Shown one piece after another: positions 41,626-54,200 of a stretch of DNA of 64,000 nt. Each line of letters opens with the position of its first letter. Position 1 is the first letter of the stretch. Source of the DNA: Amphiscolops sp. MND2022 (lineage: Eukaryota). The position numbers were made by a program, and so were the translations under genes. Below the pieces are notes generated by a model that searched no databases, was not told the origin of the DNA, and saw only the letters and a list, made by a program, of their open reading frames with translations. Location: positions 23,500,001 through 23,564,000 of the forward strand of contig OZ076409.1 of NCBI GenBank assembly GCA_964187785.1, in the 5' to 3' direction.

Positions 41626-41670
41626 TTAGTAGGGCACTGTAAAGAGTTTAGAAGTGTATTTATAACTAAC

Positions 41671-41880
41671 TTCAGGAAGGAAGACTGCAAACTCAGACAT
41701 GGTTCCATCGTGGTGGATTCCGTAGGTGCTGTGTTTCTCACAAAAGTTATCGTTGATGCCTTTGTATTTGATGCAGTCAGCGCAAACTTTGCAAGAAAGA
41801 TTCGGTTGAATCACAACTCGTGTTCCTACTTCCAACCTTTGCCCAACATTCTTCCCAATCTCATGAACTTCACCTAAGCC
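41671..41880 (-). CDS. Zn-dependent MDR dehydrogenase, exon 2 (structural zinc lobe)
   Basis: GLGEVHEIG..VGTRVVIQPNLSCKVCADC..NFC..YGIHHDGTMSEFAV; acceptor tttttcag, donor GTTAGT; phase 0. Confidence 0.92.
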
Positions 41881-42675
41881 CTGAAAAACACGCAGTCTGT
41901 TTGGTCATCAGAATTCAAGGCTCTTATAGATTTTTAGGGCTAATTTGGAGCGCAAAAGAAAGTTTTTTCCTTTTTTCCCCACCACGAAAATTTATGGAAA
42001 ATTAGTGAAATTATTAGGACAAAAATAATAACCAATCAAGAAACGTTCAATTTCAAATTTAGTTTTAAGTTGACAGTGTATGATCCAGATACAAATTTTG
42101 TTCACCCTTTTTGTCCTTATGAAGTCACGCATTCTTGATTACGAAATCAACAGCTTCAAATTTTAAGCCACTAAAAAGTGAAAAGATTTTGTGAAAAGAT
42201 TTCTCTGGGCAGAAGAGTCGAAGTGTACTTTAAATATTAGGCTAGTGTAAACAGACTAGCCTAATTGAAAGTGAAACCTTCTTTCATAACAGGAAGTTAA
42301 CGTCTATTAGAATAGTTTTTTGTTTGAAAAGAACATTTTTCATTCACTTTGACTGATTGTCGGTATTCATTGTTCAAATTTGGTGACTCAAAACAGGGCG
42401 CTGTTGATTTCTTTATCAAGAATGCGTGACTTGATAGGCAGAAATAGTGTGAACAAAGTGTGTATCTCAATTCTAGAGATACACCCTAGAAAAAACTGTC
42501 ACCCTAGAAAAAAATTAGTATTGAAGGTTTCTTGTTTGTATTCAAGTCTTTTTGTTATAATATTTCCGCTAATTTTCCAAAAAATGGCGGTGGGGGGGGA
42601 CACAAAAGAGCCCAAAGTGGAATGACTCCACCGAAAAAGGTTAATACTTCAATTGTGATCTAATTTTTTAATTAC

Positions 42676-42855
42676 CTCATGACCATTTACAGCCCCGTCT
42701 TTGCCGGTTATCTTGCCATTTATGACCGAGATGTCCGTTCCACAGACACCACTGGCTATCATCTTGACCAAAACTTCATCGTCTCCACAGAGTGGAATTG
42801 CTCTTCGTTCTAGTCTCAGTCTTTTTTTGCTTCTGTCGATGACTAATGCTTGCAT
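42676..42855 (-). CDS. Zn-dependent MDR (sorbitol/threonine dehydrogenase-like) dehydrogenase, exon 1
   Basis: MQALVID..DDEVLVKMIASGVCGTDISV..NGHE; donor GTAATT; four exons join in frame to ~356 aa. Confidence 0.92.
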
Positions 42856-44118
42856 AACTTGAAAATAAATCAAAAGTCAAATGCTACTTGAAGCATGTTG
42901 CCAAAAAAAAACAAGCAATATTGGTAAACTTTGAAAAACAAAGTGATTGTGAACCAGAAATGCAGTAAAGCCTGATTGTGATAGCAGACCAACTAAGTTG
43001 CTGAAACTATTCATTGCTTGCACTACTCAAGGCATTTAGTATACAAGATTTGGCGTTTTTTACAACCATTACACACTCATACACGTGAAAAATATTACCA
43101 AAGAAGTTTTATTGAAAATACCCTGAAAATACTTACTCTCCTGAGCATTTCCTAAAGCATTAATTTACTCTATTTCATGACTACGCATCAATGCATATTG
43201 AAAAAAGGCACTAGATTCCCAGCATAAAATGAAAACTAAAAATTTATAATAATTTATATATATTATCTGCTAAATTTGTCATGTTTTAACAATATTTTGC
43301 GTGGGGGGAAGTTCTTTTAAATTTTATTAGGATTATGAAATACATCTGAAAAACAAACGTGATTTTTATAACTGACAGAGTGCTTAAATCTCAAAGCAAA
43401 GTACTATCAGAATTCTTATCAGTACTATAGTATACCCACAGAATTCTCGATTAATGACGGCGATGTAAACATTGATTTTCAAAAAAAAATGAAAAACAAG
43501 TGAAACGTCTTTTTCTTATACCCCAATCGAAGCGTTCTAATGGCTGCTGTTGCTGTCAAAAGCTGCTGAAAAGCGTTTTTCAATGTTGAAAATTTTTTTA
43601 TTTCAAAACCCTATGGTCACGCGAATACAAAATTACTAATTAAATTTCACAATCACAAACGAAAATTAATGAACAGTCTTTAGTCAGCATCTTTTTATGT
43701 TTCTTAGTAAAGTTTCTCGGCAATTTTCCAATTTTAAAACTGAAAATCTCTGTGGTTGGGACCATTTATTCAACTGTTGATGATGCACGCAACATCTAAA
43801 AAAATGATAACGCAGTTATGTTATAACGCATAATGTGAAAAAAATGATAACGCAGTGCCACAGCACCTGTAACTTTTCAGGTATCTTATTGGCAACTTTT
43901 TCTTTAAAGCTAACTTGAGAGCTGAATATCAGCTCACGAAATAGTCCACGAAACTATGCATCGTAGAAACTGCTGAAGAAGTGTGAAAGATTGATGAAAA
44001 CCAAGAACACCAAGAAAGTTGTACAAAAAACGATAACAACTTGAGACTTCTGAATATTATACTCTCGTAATCATTTTCACTGTCTTGAGTCCCTACTGAA
44101 ACGTCTCTAGTTGAGTGA

Positions 44119-45357
44119 ATTCGATCACCAGGTTTAAACCCTGTTCTAGGGCAATTTTCCAGCGTTTCTCGAGCGTTTCTAGTTTCAGGGTTCCTATGTA
44201 GCCCACCGGTCAGCTTTCATTTTGTCTAAACTCCTTTTAACTTGAGTAGTAATCTCACTATTGATCAATCTAGCGGTTTCAACTGTTATTTCACTTGTTT
44301 CCTCTACTGTTAGTGTTTAGTGAAGTACTTCATCAGGTCCTCATCTAACTGACTGTCTAACTCACTTCTAGAATAGCCTTCACACATTATATCTACATTT
44401 TGTATATCACAAACGATGTCCGATTGTCTAAAACGCTTCTCCTTTGCCTTTTGTTTTGTAGTGGTGGGCATTTAAGAGGTATTTGCGCTTCCAAGAGTAT
44501 ATTATAGAAGAGTTCAGAGAAAGTGTCGAATTATTATTGACTAACGAGAAATTGGAACTATATTTGCAACTGCGATAGCCGTTAGGTAACGATCAACTTG
44601 TCAGTATCAATTTTGGGAGAAGATGTGTCCTTTGGACAACAGGTTCCGCAATAAATACTCAGCAAAGCATTACAGGCCGAATTTTGCTTGTCATGTAACT
44701 AAATGCAGTGACTAGGGTTTCACCAAAATAGCCCCTATTGGGTCACATCAACATAACGTCACCTTATTGTTAAGTTTAAAATAGCATCAAAAGAAATTTA
44801 GGTATGAAAAACGTTTGGTCCCATTAATCCAAGTATTACATGAGAGAATTATAGTTAGTATGTTTATATATCCGATAACAACACTTCGTGCATGTTATTA
44901 AGAGAGCAAACATTAAGCATTCGGCCGGCGAGAGAAAGCGTAATAGAGCTGAGCTCTGATTGGTTGATTGCATTAAGGACAGCGTACATTTAGCTACAGT
45001 ATCAGGCCATTTGAGCACGTTTCATTCTTTTCATATTGCATGCTATTGATTCATTGAATTTACGTCACCATTTACATTTCTATTCTAATTACATTGAGTA
45101 CATTATCAATTCATCATTTAAAACAGGCACAGAATTGAATAATAAATAACAAAATGTAACCTAGTAAGCTAAAAAGTATTGGTTTTACTGTAGCGGAACG
45201 GACTGAAGGTCCGAACGGTTCAAATAGGGCACAGCCCCCAATGGGATTAATTTGAATGTAGCCATCTGTACTGTTGGTCCGGAAGATTTACATTGGTATG
45301 CCCCTGGCGGGGTTTGTTAGACTGTCTTCAGCTGGGATTTGGTAAAAATTACCGACA
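44119..45357 (-). repeat. 3' LTR of element D (left boundary approximate)
   Basis: Colinear with 56788-58496 (e.g. ctgttctaggg..aatttt, gactagggtttcaccaaa, aaaattaccg..aca). Confidence 0.85.
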
Positions 45358-46082
45358 CTGGCTGCAGCTTGCGACCCCTCCTGTAGGTGCAAAGAGCACT
45401 GTCCCCTCTTTTTTACCAGCTAAGTAGGCATCGAGTCTCTGTTGTTTTTCTTGATAGGATTCGTTGTCACGCGAAGCAGACTCTAAATATGTTAATACGG
45501 TTGTTTCTTCAAATTGTTCATAGCTGCGGCCACCAACAAAACAACCACAGTACTCCCCCTTGTTGGGTTCTCCACAACAGTTGGCGATCCGTTCGCTATT
45601 CCTTTGTATGTCGGAGTTTATCGGTGCCGAGTAATCGATGAAATTAGGCCCCACAATGTCATATCTGCCAGACTTTGGATCTTGTTCGCAGAGCGGGAAG
45701 ATAACGGAGAGTCTCACAACAGTGGTAAGTTCGTGCAGCGATCATTCGGGCAATTCTCCACTTGTCTGCTTGGTTCAGCTCCCATTTCCAATTTGGTCGG
45801 CTAAAGCGCTTCCGACCAAAATTTTTCAAAGTCTGCCTGGGGGAACTCCGGCAAATCGTCACTCGCGCAACTGTAGAGGTCAGTGGTCATTTGTCGTCCT
45901 GCCACTGCGCCTTTTGCCCGCACACGAACATGTCTGTAACAGGCTATGACCTCAACGTCACTATCGTCAGATTGTCGTTCTGTCCCTGCTACAGAAAGAG
46001 TGGCAACGTCCACATCCCTAACTTCATCAGAAGATAAGTAACTGGAAGTATTTCGCTCCTCAAAGGCAAATTAAAGATCCAT
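45349..46082 (-). pseudogene. sense accessory ORF of element D, unknown function (frameshifted)
   Basis: Overlapping ORFs 45801-46013, 45659-45862, 45349-45717 chain into one Cys-containing reading ending in the first codons of the 3' LTR. Confidence 0.5.
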
Positions 46083-46229
46083 TTCGTTTCTGTATCGTTG
46101 CAGAAGTAATTTTTGTCAGCAATTTTGATGTGTATAGTTAGCGACTGATTTGTATCTCAGAGATTATTCGAGATTATTATTTTTTCCGTCTAACCGACCA
46201 AAGGGTTTTACGTTTTTTTAAACTTTCAG

Positions 46230-49200
46230 GCGAGAGATCGAAGGCGCAGATCTCTTCGAACATATCCGAAGTATTTTCATTCAGGTAAGATTCTTTCTTT
46301 CATAGAATTCTGATGATAAGCCGACACTCGTTTTAACTGGTCTTCGAGTGCCTTATGAATTGTTTACACAGTAGCTACAGCGTTATCATTACATAGCTAG
46401 GGTATTAACTAACACTAACTATCGGTAAATAGAATTCAGAATCGAAAAGCGCCGGTCCACGCGGCTACAACCGCTGAACTGACCAATCAGGCGGTCTTGA
46501 CGAATAAATGAAAAAAAGTTTTTGTTTGAAATAAATTGGAGGGAATAATGAGCCTGTGATAATATAAGTTTGATAAAGTAGGTAAATGCGAATAGAATTG
46601 ACGTTCCATGAAAATCTCCTACGGATACTAATCATGGAAAGGGATGATACTTAAGTTATGCGGTATCATGATATTGAGGTAGTTATACGGTGATATTTGA
46701 AAAACTTGAAAACATTTACATGTAGCCACGACGTCCGTTCTTATAGGTGTCAATTGAGTGCGATGGTTGGTAATTCAGTGAGAAACTTAGTCTAGTCTGA
46801 CGATTCAGTAATCATTTTATAGTCTATTCATAGCAGATAATTCGACGCATACTTTTAATATTCTGTGTCTGACTCTCAGGATAGTCATGATTTTCTCGTA
46901 ACTACATAAATCTTTCTCATCGTTAATCCTTTCCAATTACCATTACTACGTACCCTTACGTCACGGTTCATCAGTCATATCGCTTACTACAATAAAGACT
47001 AGCAGTCTTCATAGCCTATGTCGACTTTCGAGGATCCGGTGAAGACCAGATTTGGATTCATCCTGGTTAGCCAACGAGTCTGCGCCTGTCAACTTGTCAC
47101 TAGATGCTGACACTTCTGTTCATCTGTAATGAAAGTAACATCTGGTTGGTTCTTTTAATTTTCGTCTAGACTAAACTTGATCGAGGTATAGTTTTGACTA
47201 GGCATACTTCCTCCATCGTGAACTGTTTTCAAATTGAAACATTTCGTTTGGATTTTACTTCGAGAAGATTTGCAAAATGCGGCAAGATGGACTCAGTTGC
47301 AGACAGTGAACCGCGCAAATTTATGTTTCCGTTTAGATAAAGAGATGGATGGCCAACCACATCAAGATACTGTTGAGACTGAACCGGCTCCACGACCAAT
47401 GCACTTAGATTTTGAAATCAGACCAAACAAACCCCCTACCAGCGATACCTCTGAGCAGATTGATGCTGCAGACGAAGGATCCCAGCAGTCACTTGCTCCC
47501 ACTACAATCTCTCCACTATCTCGCTCGCTTGTTTCTGATAGTAGTGGGTCAACGGAGATCTGTGGCCCATATTTCACCTGCAAGACGTGTAAATTGGGAG
47601 CAGAAAGGATGATAGGCGAACCCATTGAAAAGATTGACCTCGGGACTCGAGAAAGCATTATTGAACTGCTGGCAATAACTCCTGGTGATCACTAATTTGA
47701 GTATCCCTCTGATCACGAGGCTTCATATCCAGCTGTACCCTTTCTCGACTCGCGCAGGAACTGAGAAGAGAGTCATAGCCCTAAATAGCCTTGAGTCGCA
47801 GCTCAGCGTATCTCTTTCTCTCGCCGCAGTCCAACAGAGCAATCAAGGTACAGCCGCTATGGGCCTTCTGTGGAATGAATTACTACACGCGAAATGTCTG
47901 ATGAAGAAGTCGAACAAGTCAGCCCTAAACACCCCCTTCTGATTTTCAGTGAAACTGAGACTGGGCCTGGTACTGACACCGAGTCCTCACATCGTTTTGG
48001 ATCAACATTGGATCAACTTTGGCCCGTCCTCGAAAGCCTTTCTTGGAGTTCAGCGAGGTAAAAATAACCTCAGTCAGACCCTTTGTAGAGCTAAACATTC
48101 GTCCCTTGGGGTCCAGTAGCCACGACCTCAATAAAGAGTAATTCATTGACAGCGAGTCCTTCATTCTTCCTCTGGGGCACCCTGCTGTTTCTTGCACTGA
48201 AGGACAAATTGGCAGTGTTTTGAGGGTTGTCACCGATGAAAATGCCCGTCTATTGAAATGCTTGAAAAACTGATCTACAGAGCCAGCCAACTCAACTTGA
48301 ATGCTGACCAGTCGTCCAAAAAAAGCCACCACAAAGACTGCCACCAAGAAATCTGCTATGGATACTGCTGTGGGTGTGCGTCACCATGGAGCAAGGTGGC
48401 GAATGTAGCGACAGTTGCGGTGCCATTCGGAGTGACGATGATTTTACTAGAATAGGCTACTTGTGGACTATTCCGAACCTGAAGTCATCATATATCCTTC
48501 CCTGACCTCAGCACAGGATTTAAATAGCCAGCAAGACGCTGGGTCAACGTTTGTTGCTTTCACCGCAAGCAGTGCTGGAACACAAACCTTGGCCTCATTA
48601 AAGCAAGAAGCCCCGAATGATAACAGCGCGGACCAAGGAATCCGCGAGGCCGATTCACATCTTCTTCCACGGGAACTAGTATTCGTAGGAAGGTATCACA
48701 AACTTGCACAATCATGAACGAGGCATACTTCAAGTGCATGGATTGGACTAGGACCTTTGTTTTTGGGCCAGTAGATCCAAGGTGCGACTCCTGCAAGTTC
48801 TGCTGCCAGAACTGTAAAGCTAAAATCTCGATTTATGGCAAAGGAGCAAACGACATCATTACACGGGGAAACATTTACGAAAAGATCAGTGTTGGCGGTA
48901 TCAATACTTATATAAGGTCTACTCTGTCACCAAAACTAAGGTATCTAAAATCAGAGGCAGTTTCGGAACGCAGAGTTAGTTGACATCGGGAAAAGCTCTC
49001 GTTCTACGATGAATATGTTGTTGGAGCTGACTGCATGTCCTCATTCTCAGACAACAGGGCTCGAGTACATATCTATCTGCTGAGACGTTTCCTCCCTTCC
49101 TATGGCGCCATTGACACCTTTGGAGTTTCTGACGGGACATTGGACTAGTCAATCACCAGTCTATCTCTTCACCGATTTTAGTTGGGGGTCATTACAGAAA

Positions 49201-50900
49201 GAACGGCCAACAGTAAGTATCCTTTCGACCGATGGAAAAGACATCAAAGTTTTTCGACACTTGTAGACCCATGGCCACTTCGTCTACAATAGTTTTAGCT
49301 TAATATCGGAACATTGTGCCTCAGGCATTATGCCATTACATGTTCTTTGAGATAATGAACGAAATTGGGAACCAGATTATTGTTAACATTGAATAATCCG
49401 TGGAGTTCGCCAACGAGGGCGTGTTTGTATTTGTCCTTGTCCGCTATTGGCTGGAAGATAAAATATGTCGAGTGTTCCTCAGGCCTATCGGACGTATCCA
49501 AAGCCAGACGCAGGCTGATATGTCTGATCTCTAAGTTATGGGTGTCTAGACTCTGAACTTCGTGTCGTAAGTTGTACCGGGAGTACTTCTCGAACCTTGC
49601 AGTTATTGGGTAAGAGTACATATAGCGATTGTGCACTTCAGAGCCCGCCCCATTAGAGAAACTTGAATGAAGCCTTGAACCTGACTGGGTACTACTCGCT
49701 CCTGAACATTTCAAGGTTGGTCCCTCTCAGGACGTGTAACAACTTTCCCTAATGTCATAGCTCTCCTCAAGTCTGTATATGTATTTTAAGCGAGCAGAGC
49801 TTGTCAAGTGGACTTGACTGATCTAGCAACCCTGTGTCAGGAGCTTCTCAGTAATTGAACACGAGTGAGTGTTACCTCAATAAACATGCCCCTAATCATG
49901 AAATGCATTGGTTCCTAAAACAAGTTGGTAGTTTCGAGCCACTAGGACCTTTAGTCTCATACGATCTTTTAATACTCTCATTTTCAGCCACAAAACCTCG
50001 AGTGGTCAGTTGTGTACAAAAACTTGTTCCCTACTCGGTTCGAGTTATTTTGTGGTATTATCCGAGAAAACACTGGACGTTTTACTTTGAACACTAAGCA
50101 CTGCCCAGACCGAGGCGTGCAATAAACACCGATAGTTGTGTCCATCCTAACAGTTTGCCTGTTCAAAATGACATTCGAGGCATTCTCAACTTGTCCATCA
50201 CTGACGCAATACATTCAAGTGTTCTTGACTTTCTTTTCCGGTCTAAGCTAGATTCCCGACTCGATGTGGCATGTATGTTAAGAGAGGAGGGAAGACAGGG
50301 AGAGGGGAAAAACGAAAGACTAAATTTGGATGCCGTCAAAGATATGAATAAAGTGGAGTTCGGACGTGCCGCCCAGATGTATGTTGTCGTTTTCTTCAAG
50401 GGGCCAAAAGGGGTCAGCTGTTTCAGTTCATATATCGGAAAAGGACATGGGTCACTTGATCTTGATGTTATGCTTGTCAATCCACTAGACTGTGCGACTT
50501 ACTGTTTCAAGCAGTTATTTACTAGCTTCAGTTTGCGAGGGTTGTTCCAGATTTTTGGACAGATTTTGACGTATTCACTTTGACATCCAGCAGCCCAAGC
50601 TGCTCATCTCACCTGCTATTGATTTTGTATCTAGCCAAGATTCCCTGAAGTCCCGTCCATGTCTACGCAGAATTTTCCGCCTTAGTAGTCGTTGATTGGA
50701 CGAAACACAATTCTCTCTCTCCTCCTGTGAAATTTGGATCGTGCCGGACAGATGAGCCAAAGAGTCCCTTGTTTTATGTAGTTTCACCTGCTCAATCCTA
50801 TCTTGGTAATGTTTCCTGTGCACTAGATGTCTTTACCTCTGATTCTTCCGTGTCCATATTTACTTCCATGTAGTTGGTCTTTGGGAATGATGGTTTGATT
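46230..50900 (+). pseudogene. antisense multi-exon cargo gene of element D; BED-finger/hAT-transposase-like
   Basis: Splice-like sites (tttcag 46229, GTAAGA 46285, tttag 47336, GTAAGT 49213); W..F..CQNC..RHHYTGKH finger at 48714-48880; SVEFANEGVFVFVLVRYWLEDKICRVFL at ~49397-49480. Confidence 0.55.
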
Positions 50901-51284
50901 GATGTATATTTTTGAGACAGCATCAATCACTCTGGTCGAGTACTTATTGGAGATACGTTGATCATTGTGTGTCAGAACAACGAGAATTTGTTGCCGATGC
51001 GTCCGATAGTAGTAAACATTTAAAACTTTCCGAATGCCCAAGCCCAATAGGCGTCGCACTCATTTACTCTCTTAGGAAGAACTGTCCAAATCAGAGCAAC
51101 GCCTGGGTGCCAGCTGTACTATACACCAACCTTACGATATGTACAATTGTTATCTAGTGTGATGTTTTTGTTATATGTAGACTTTCGACGGCTTGCATTC
51201 TCTTTTAACTTGATAGTGAGAGATGTCCCAGATAAATGTCAGTATTAATCAAACAGGACTGTATGTTCACCTATCTGGATAGTA

Positions 51285-54200
51285 TCTGTATTCATCCTTG
51301 AAATTGGGTGTGGAGTTAGGTGGAAGGTTATACTTTCCATTCCTAGGAGTTTCATTGTCTACAAAGATTTCATCATTTCCACTGTCCGATACTTGGAGCA
51401 CGATAGTAACGCTCCCTCCTGATGATTGTTGGTCCTATAGGCAATTATCCGCGCAGTCTGTATTTTTTGCTGGGTCAAGAGAGACATTTTCCTCTGGCCC
51501 GGTGGACCGAGGTTCTCGTCGATGAAAATTTGATCGATCCTGAGCGTCTAAAGGAGACTCTATAATAACAAATCGTGACGTAGTTGGTTCGTTTCGAAAA
51601 TCAGTTGGAAATTCACCAAAATCTGTCTCCCACGTGATAACGTATAAGTCGTCTTGCGGTATAACACTTCCATCATCAGGCGGTTAGATGCCTCCCGGTC
51701 TTCGGCCCTGTACGGTATTCGACACATATTTACGTAGTCTTTTTCGGTGTAAAATTTGCGTTTTGATTGAATTCAGCTTTCGGGTTATATAGTTTTCATT
51801 AGGTATTCATTCAGTTTTTCTCAACAATGTAAGGTCCAATCCACCGAAACTCGCGAATCGGGTTTTTCGATCCCTGGTGGTCTGCAAACGGTTGAAGTAT
51901 GAAGCAGTAATCAATTCGCTTCAAAAGAGCTGCTTTGGTTTTTCGGTCAGAGTAGTGTTTGTATTTCAAATAGGTTTGCACGATGTTTTTCTTTAAAGAA
52001 TCGATTTAATGTTTTGTTCGTCTTAGAAACTGATTTGCAAAGTTTCTAGTTGGTAGGACCTCCGGGTTGGAATTGAGGCCTAGATTGTGATCTAATATAC
52101 TATGGTTTTCGTCGGTGGAAAATCCTCGAAGGCTCACGGCCTAGAGTGGAAACATAGGTTGTGTAGTAATTGAACACTGCTTTTGGCATATACTTTTGCC
52201 ATTGTAGCCAGCACTCTCCTAAAGACATTTTGAGATTTATTTTGAGACCAGCATGAGCGCGCTCTTGTTTGCCGATTATTTGTTGAAGTTTTGTTGTCGG
52301 ACATTCAATTCGTAATCCCAAAATCTGCGCAGTTTCGACTAGTACCTTTGACGTGAAGGCTATTCCTTTATCGGTGATCGAAGTTGTTAGCAAAATGGTA
52401 TGCTTTGTCATGATATCAGTAGTAACCTTTGCCGTGTTTGAGGCCGATGCTTCTGTGACCGAGTAAGCAAAACAAATATCTTGAAAAGACGTCCATAGCG
52501 GTGATAACCTTTTCACATCCAGCGCTTGGGGAAACTTCGGTAATAAATCGATCTGCATTGCGTCCTCTGGACCCATTCTGGTAGTTGAAGTAGTTCGCAG
52601 TTAATCGATGAATTAGTAATTTGTTTGTCATTACTGCATATTTTGACACCATTTACCCATTTCATGACATGTTTTGCCATGGCGGGTCATAATATTTTCG
52701 CCAAATTTCTTGCAACATTTTTGAAATTCCTGGGTTATTACTTGCTTACCCATTGAGAGATTCGAGCAGGTCGGTCACGAGATATTTCGGTAATAACGTT
52801 TGAAAAAATGCAACAGAGCCTCTTTTGTCGAAATGTTGTCTAGTGATAATGTCATCCATCACGGACAGTCGGTCCAATTGGCGAGAGTAATGTTGATATC
52901 GGTTCTCTTGTACCAAAATGGTCTCGGAGTTTTCCTTTAATAGTAACGAGGGTTTAGGTTGTTTCGAATGACTTAGTGGTTCTGTTCATTGGCCACGATA
53001 TTGGTACAGGATAGCTTTTGAAAAATTGTACGTTTGTGAAAGTTGCTGTTGAGTATGCTAAGTTGTCGGATGAAATGTCTGGCAATTAATGTGTCGGATT
53101 GTTTCTCGAACTTTTTTTCTTTGTGATCCGTTTATTAGTTTCATTGTAGTCCCATTTATAGAAATTTTCGTCCTCCTTAGAGACTCCCGCTGATTGGACG
53201 CTCAGTTCAATAGGCGTTGTTGGGATGTCTTTTCTAATATGGATGATTAATTTTTCTTCCGGAGATATTTTGAGACAGGATAAGTTTGAGACTTCTCTAG
53301 CGGATCATATTCGATGAGGACTGCGCAACCTGCTGCTGTAAAACAAGTATCGGTCATGAAGGCTACTTGTGCGACAGGCAGAGGTTGTTTGAGTGCTAGT
53401 TCACAACATCGGTCAAGCGCCCTGTTGATCTCGGTGAACTCTTCAAAACAGGCCCGGTTTTACAAGGACTTTTTCGTCGTTTTTCTAAGTTTTGATGAAA
53501 GGTTTAAGTTATTCTGAGAGCCTTGGGGTGTGGTTCCGATAGTAGTTAAAGAATCCCAATTATCGCTGGAGTGCCTTCTTGGATTTCAAAATTTCGGTAT
53601 TTTCCAGGATTTTTGTGGCATTTTTGCGTTGTCAGTTTTAACCCTGCCTTCTGATTGCATTGAAAAGTCGCTTTGAGCATATTGATTACTTATTCGGCGT
53701 CATTCGCGGCATTTCCAATGTCATCAACATATTGCGCGCATTGGTCTGTTTTTTTAACTTTGTCTAGATACTCGCGCATAAAACTGGAAAAGGCCGGAAA
53801 GGTTCGACTAAGTTCCTGTGCCATTTTACTGTAGGCAAATACTCTGCTTGCAAAGTTGGAGGCAAGCATTTTGATAGACTTTTGGTCTGCAATATTGGAG
53901 GCAGTGATATGCTTGAGAGCAGTATAACTTGCAAAATTGTTTTTGCCTGCCCTATGTTGGATTGCGTCGGGTAAAGATTGACAGGATGGTTGCTGTTGAT
54001 ATAGATGTCTGAAATCATATTGTTTACTTCTCGAAGGTCAACTAAAAGTCAGGGTTTTTTTGGGCAAAAGTTGTTCTTGCATAATTGGAAATTGGGAGCG
54101 TCGTTATGATCGCATAGCAATGGAATCGCCCCAATTGGACAAGAATTTCCCCTTTGAGATTTAGCGGGGTCCATATACTTTGAATAAAGGTCAGAAATCA

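Noticed and set aside
26871..41640. Inverted repeat ACAGTGCCCTA / TAGGGCACTGT bracketing most of intron 2
   Set aside because: No TSD; the left copy lies inside a separate MITE; an 11-bp match over 15 kb may be chance
43798..43856. Duplicated aaaaaaatgataacgcagt upstream of the dehydrogenase
   Set aside because: Short local duplication; no evidence of function
44110..44125. TSD for element D
   Set aside because: Left terminus is degraded and does not match the right flank GGAAG; cannot be called
45349..46082. env gene in the position after pol
   Set aside because: No signal peptide, furin site or transmembrane segment visible in D or E accessory ORFs
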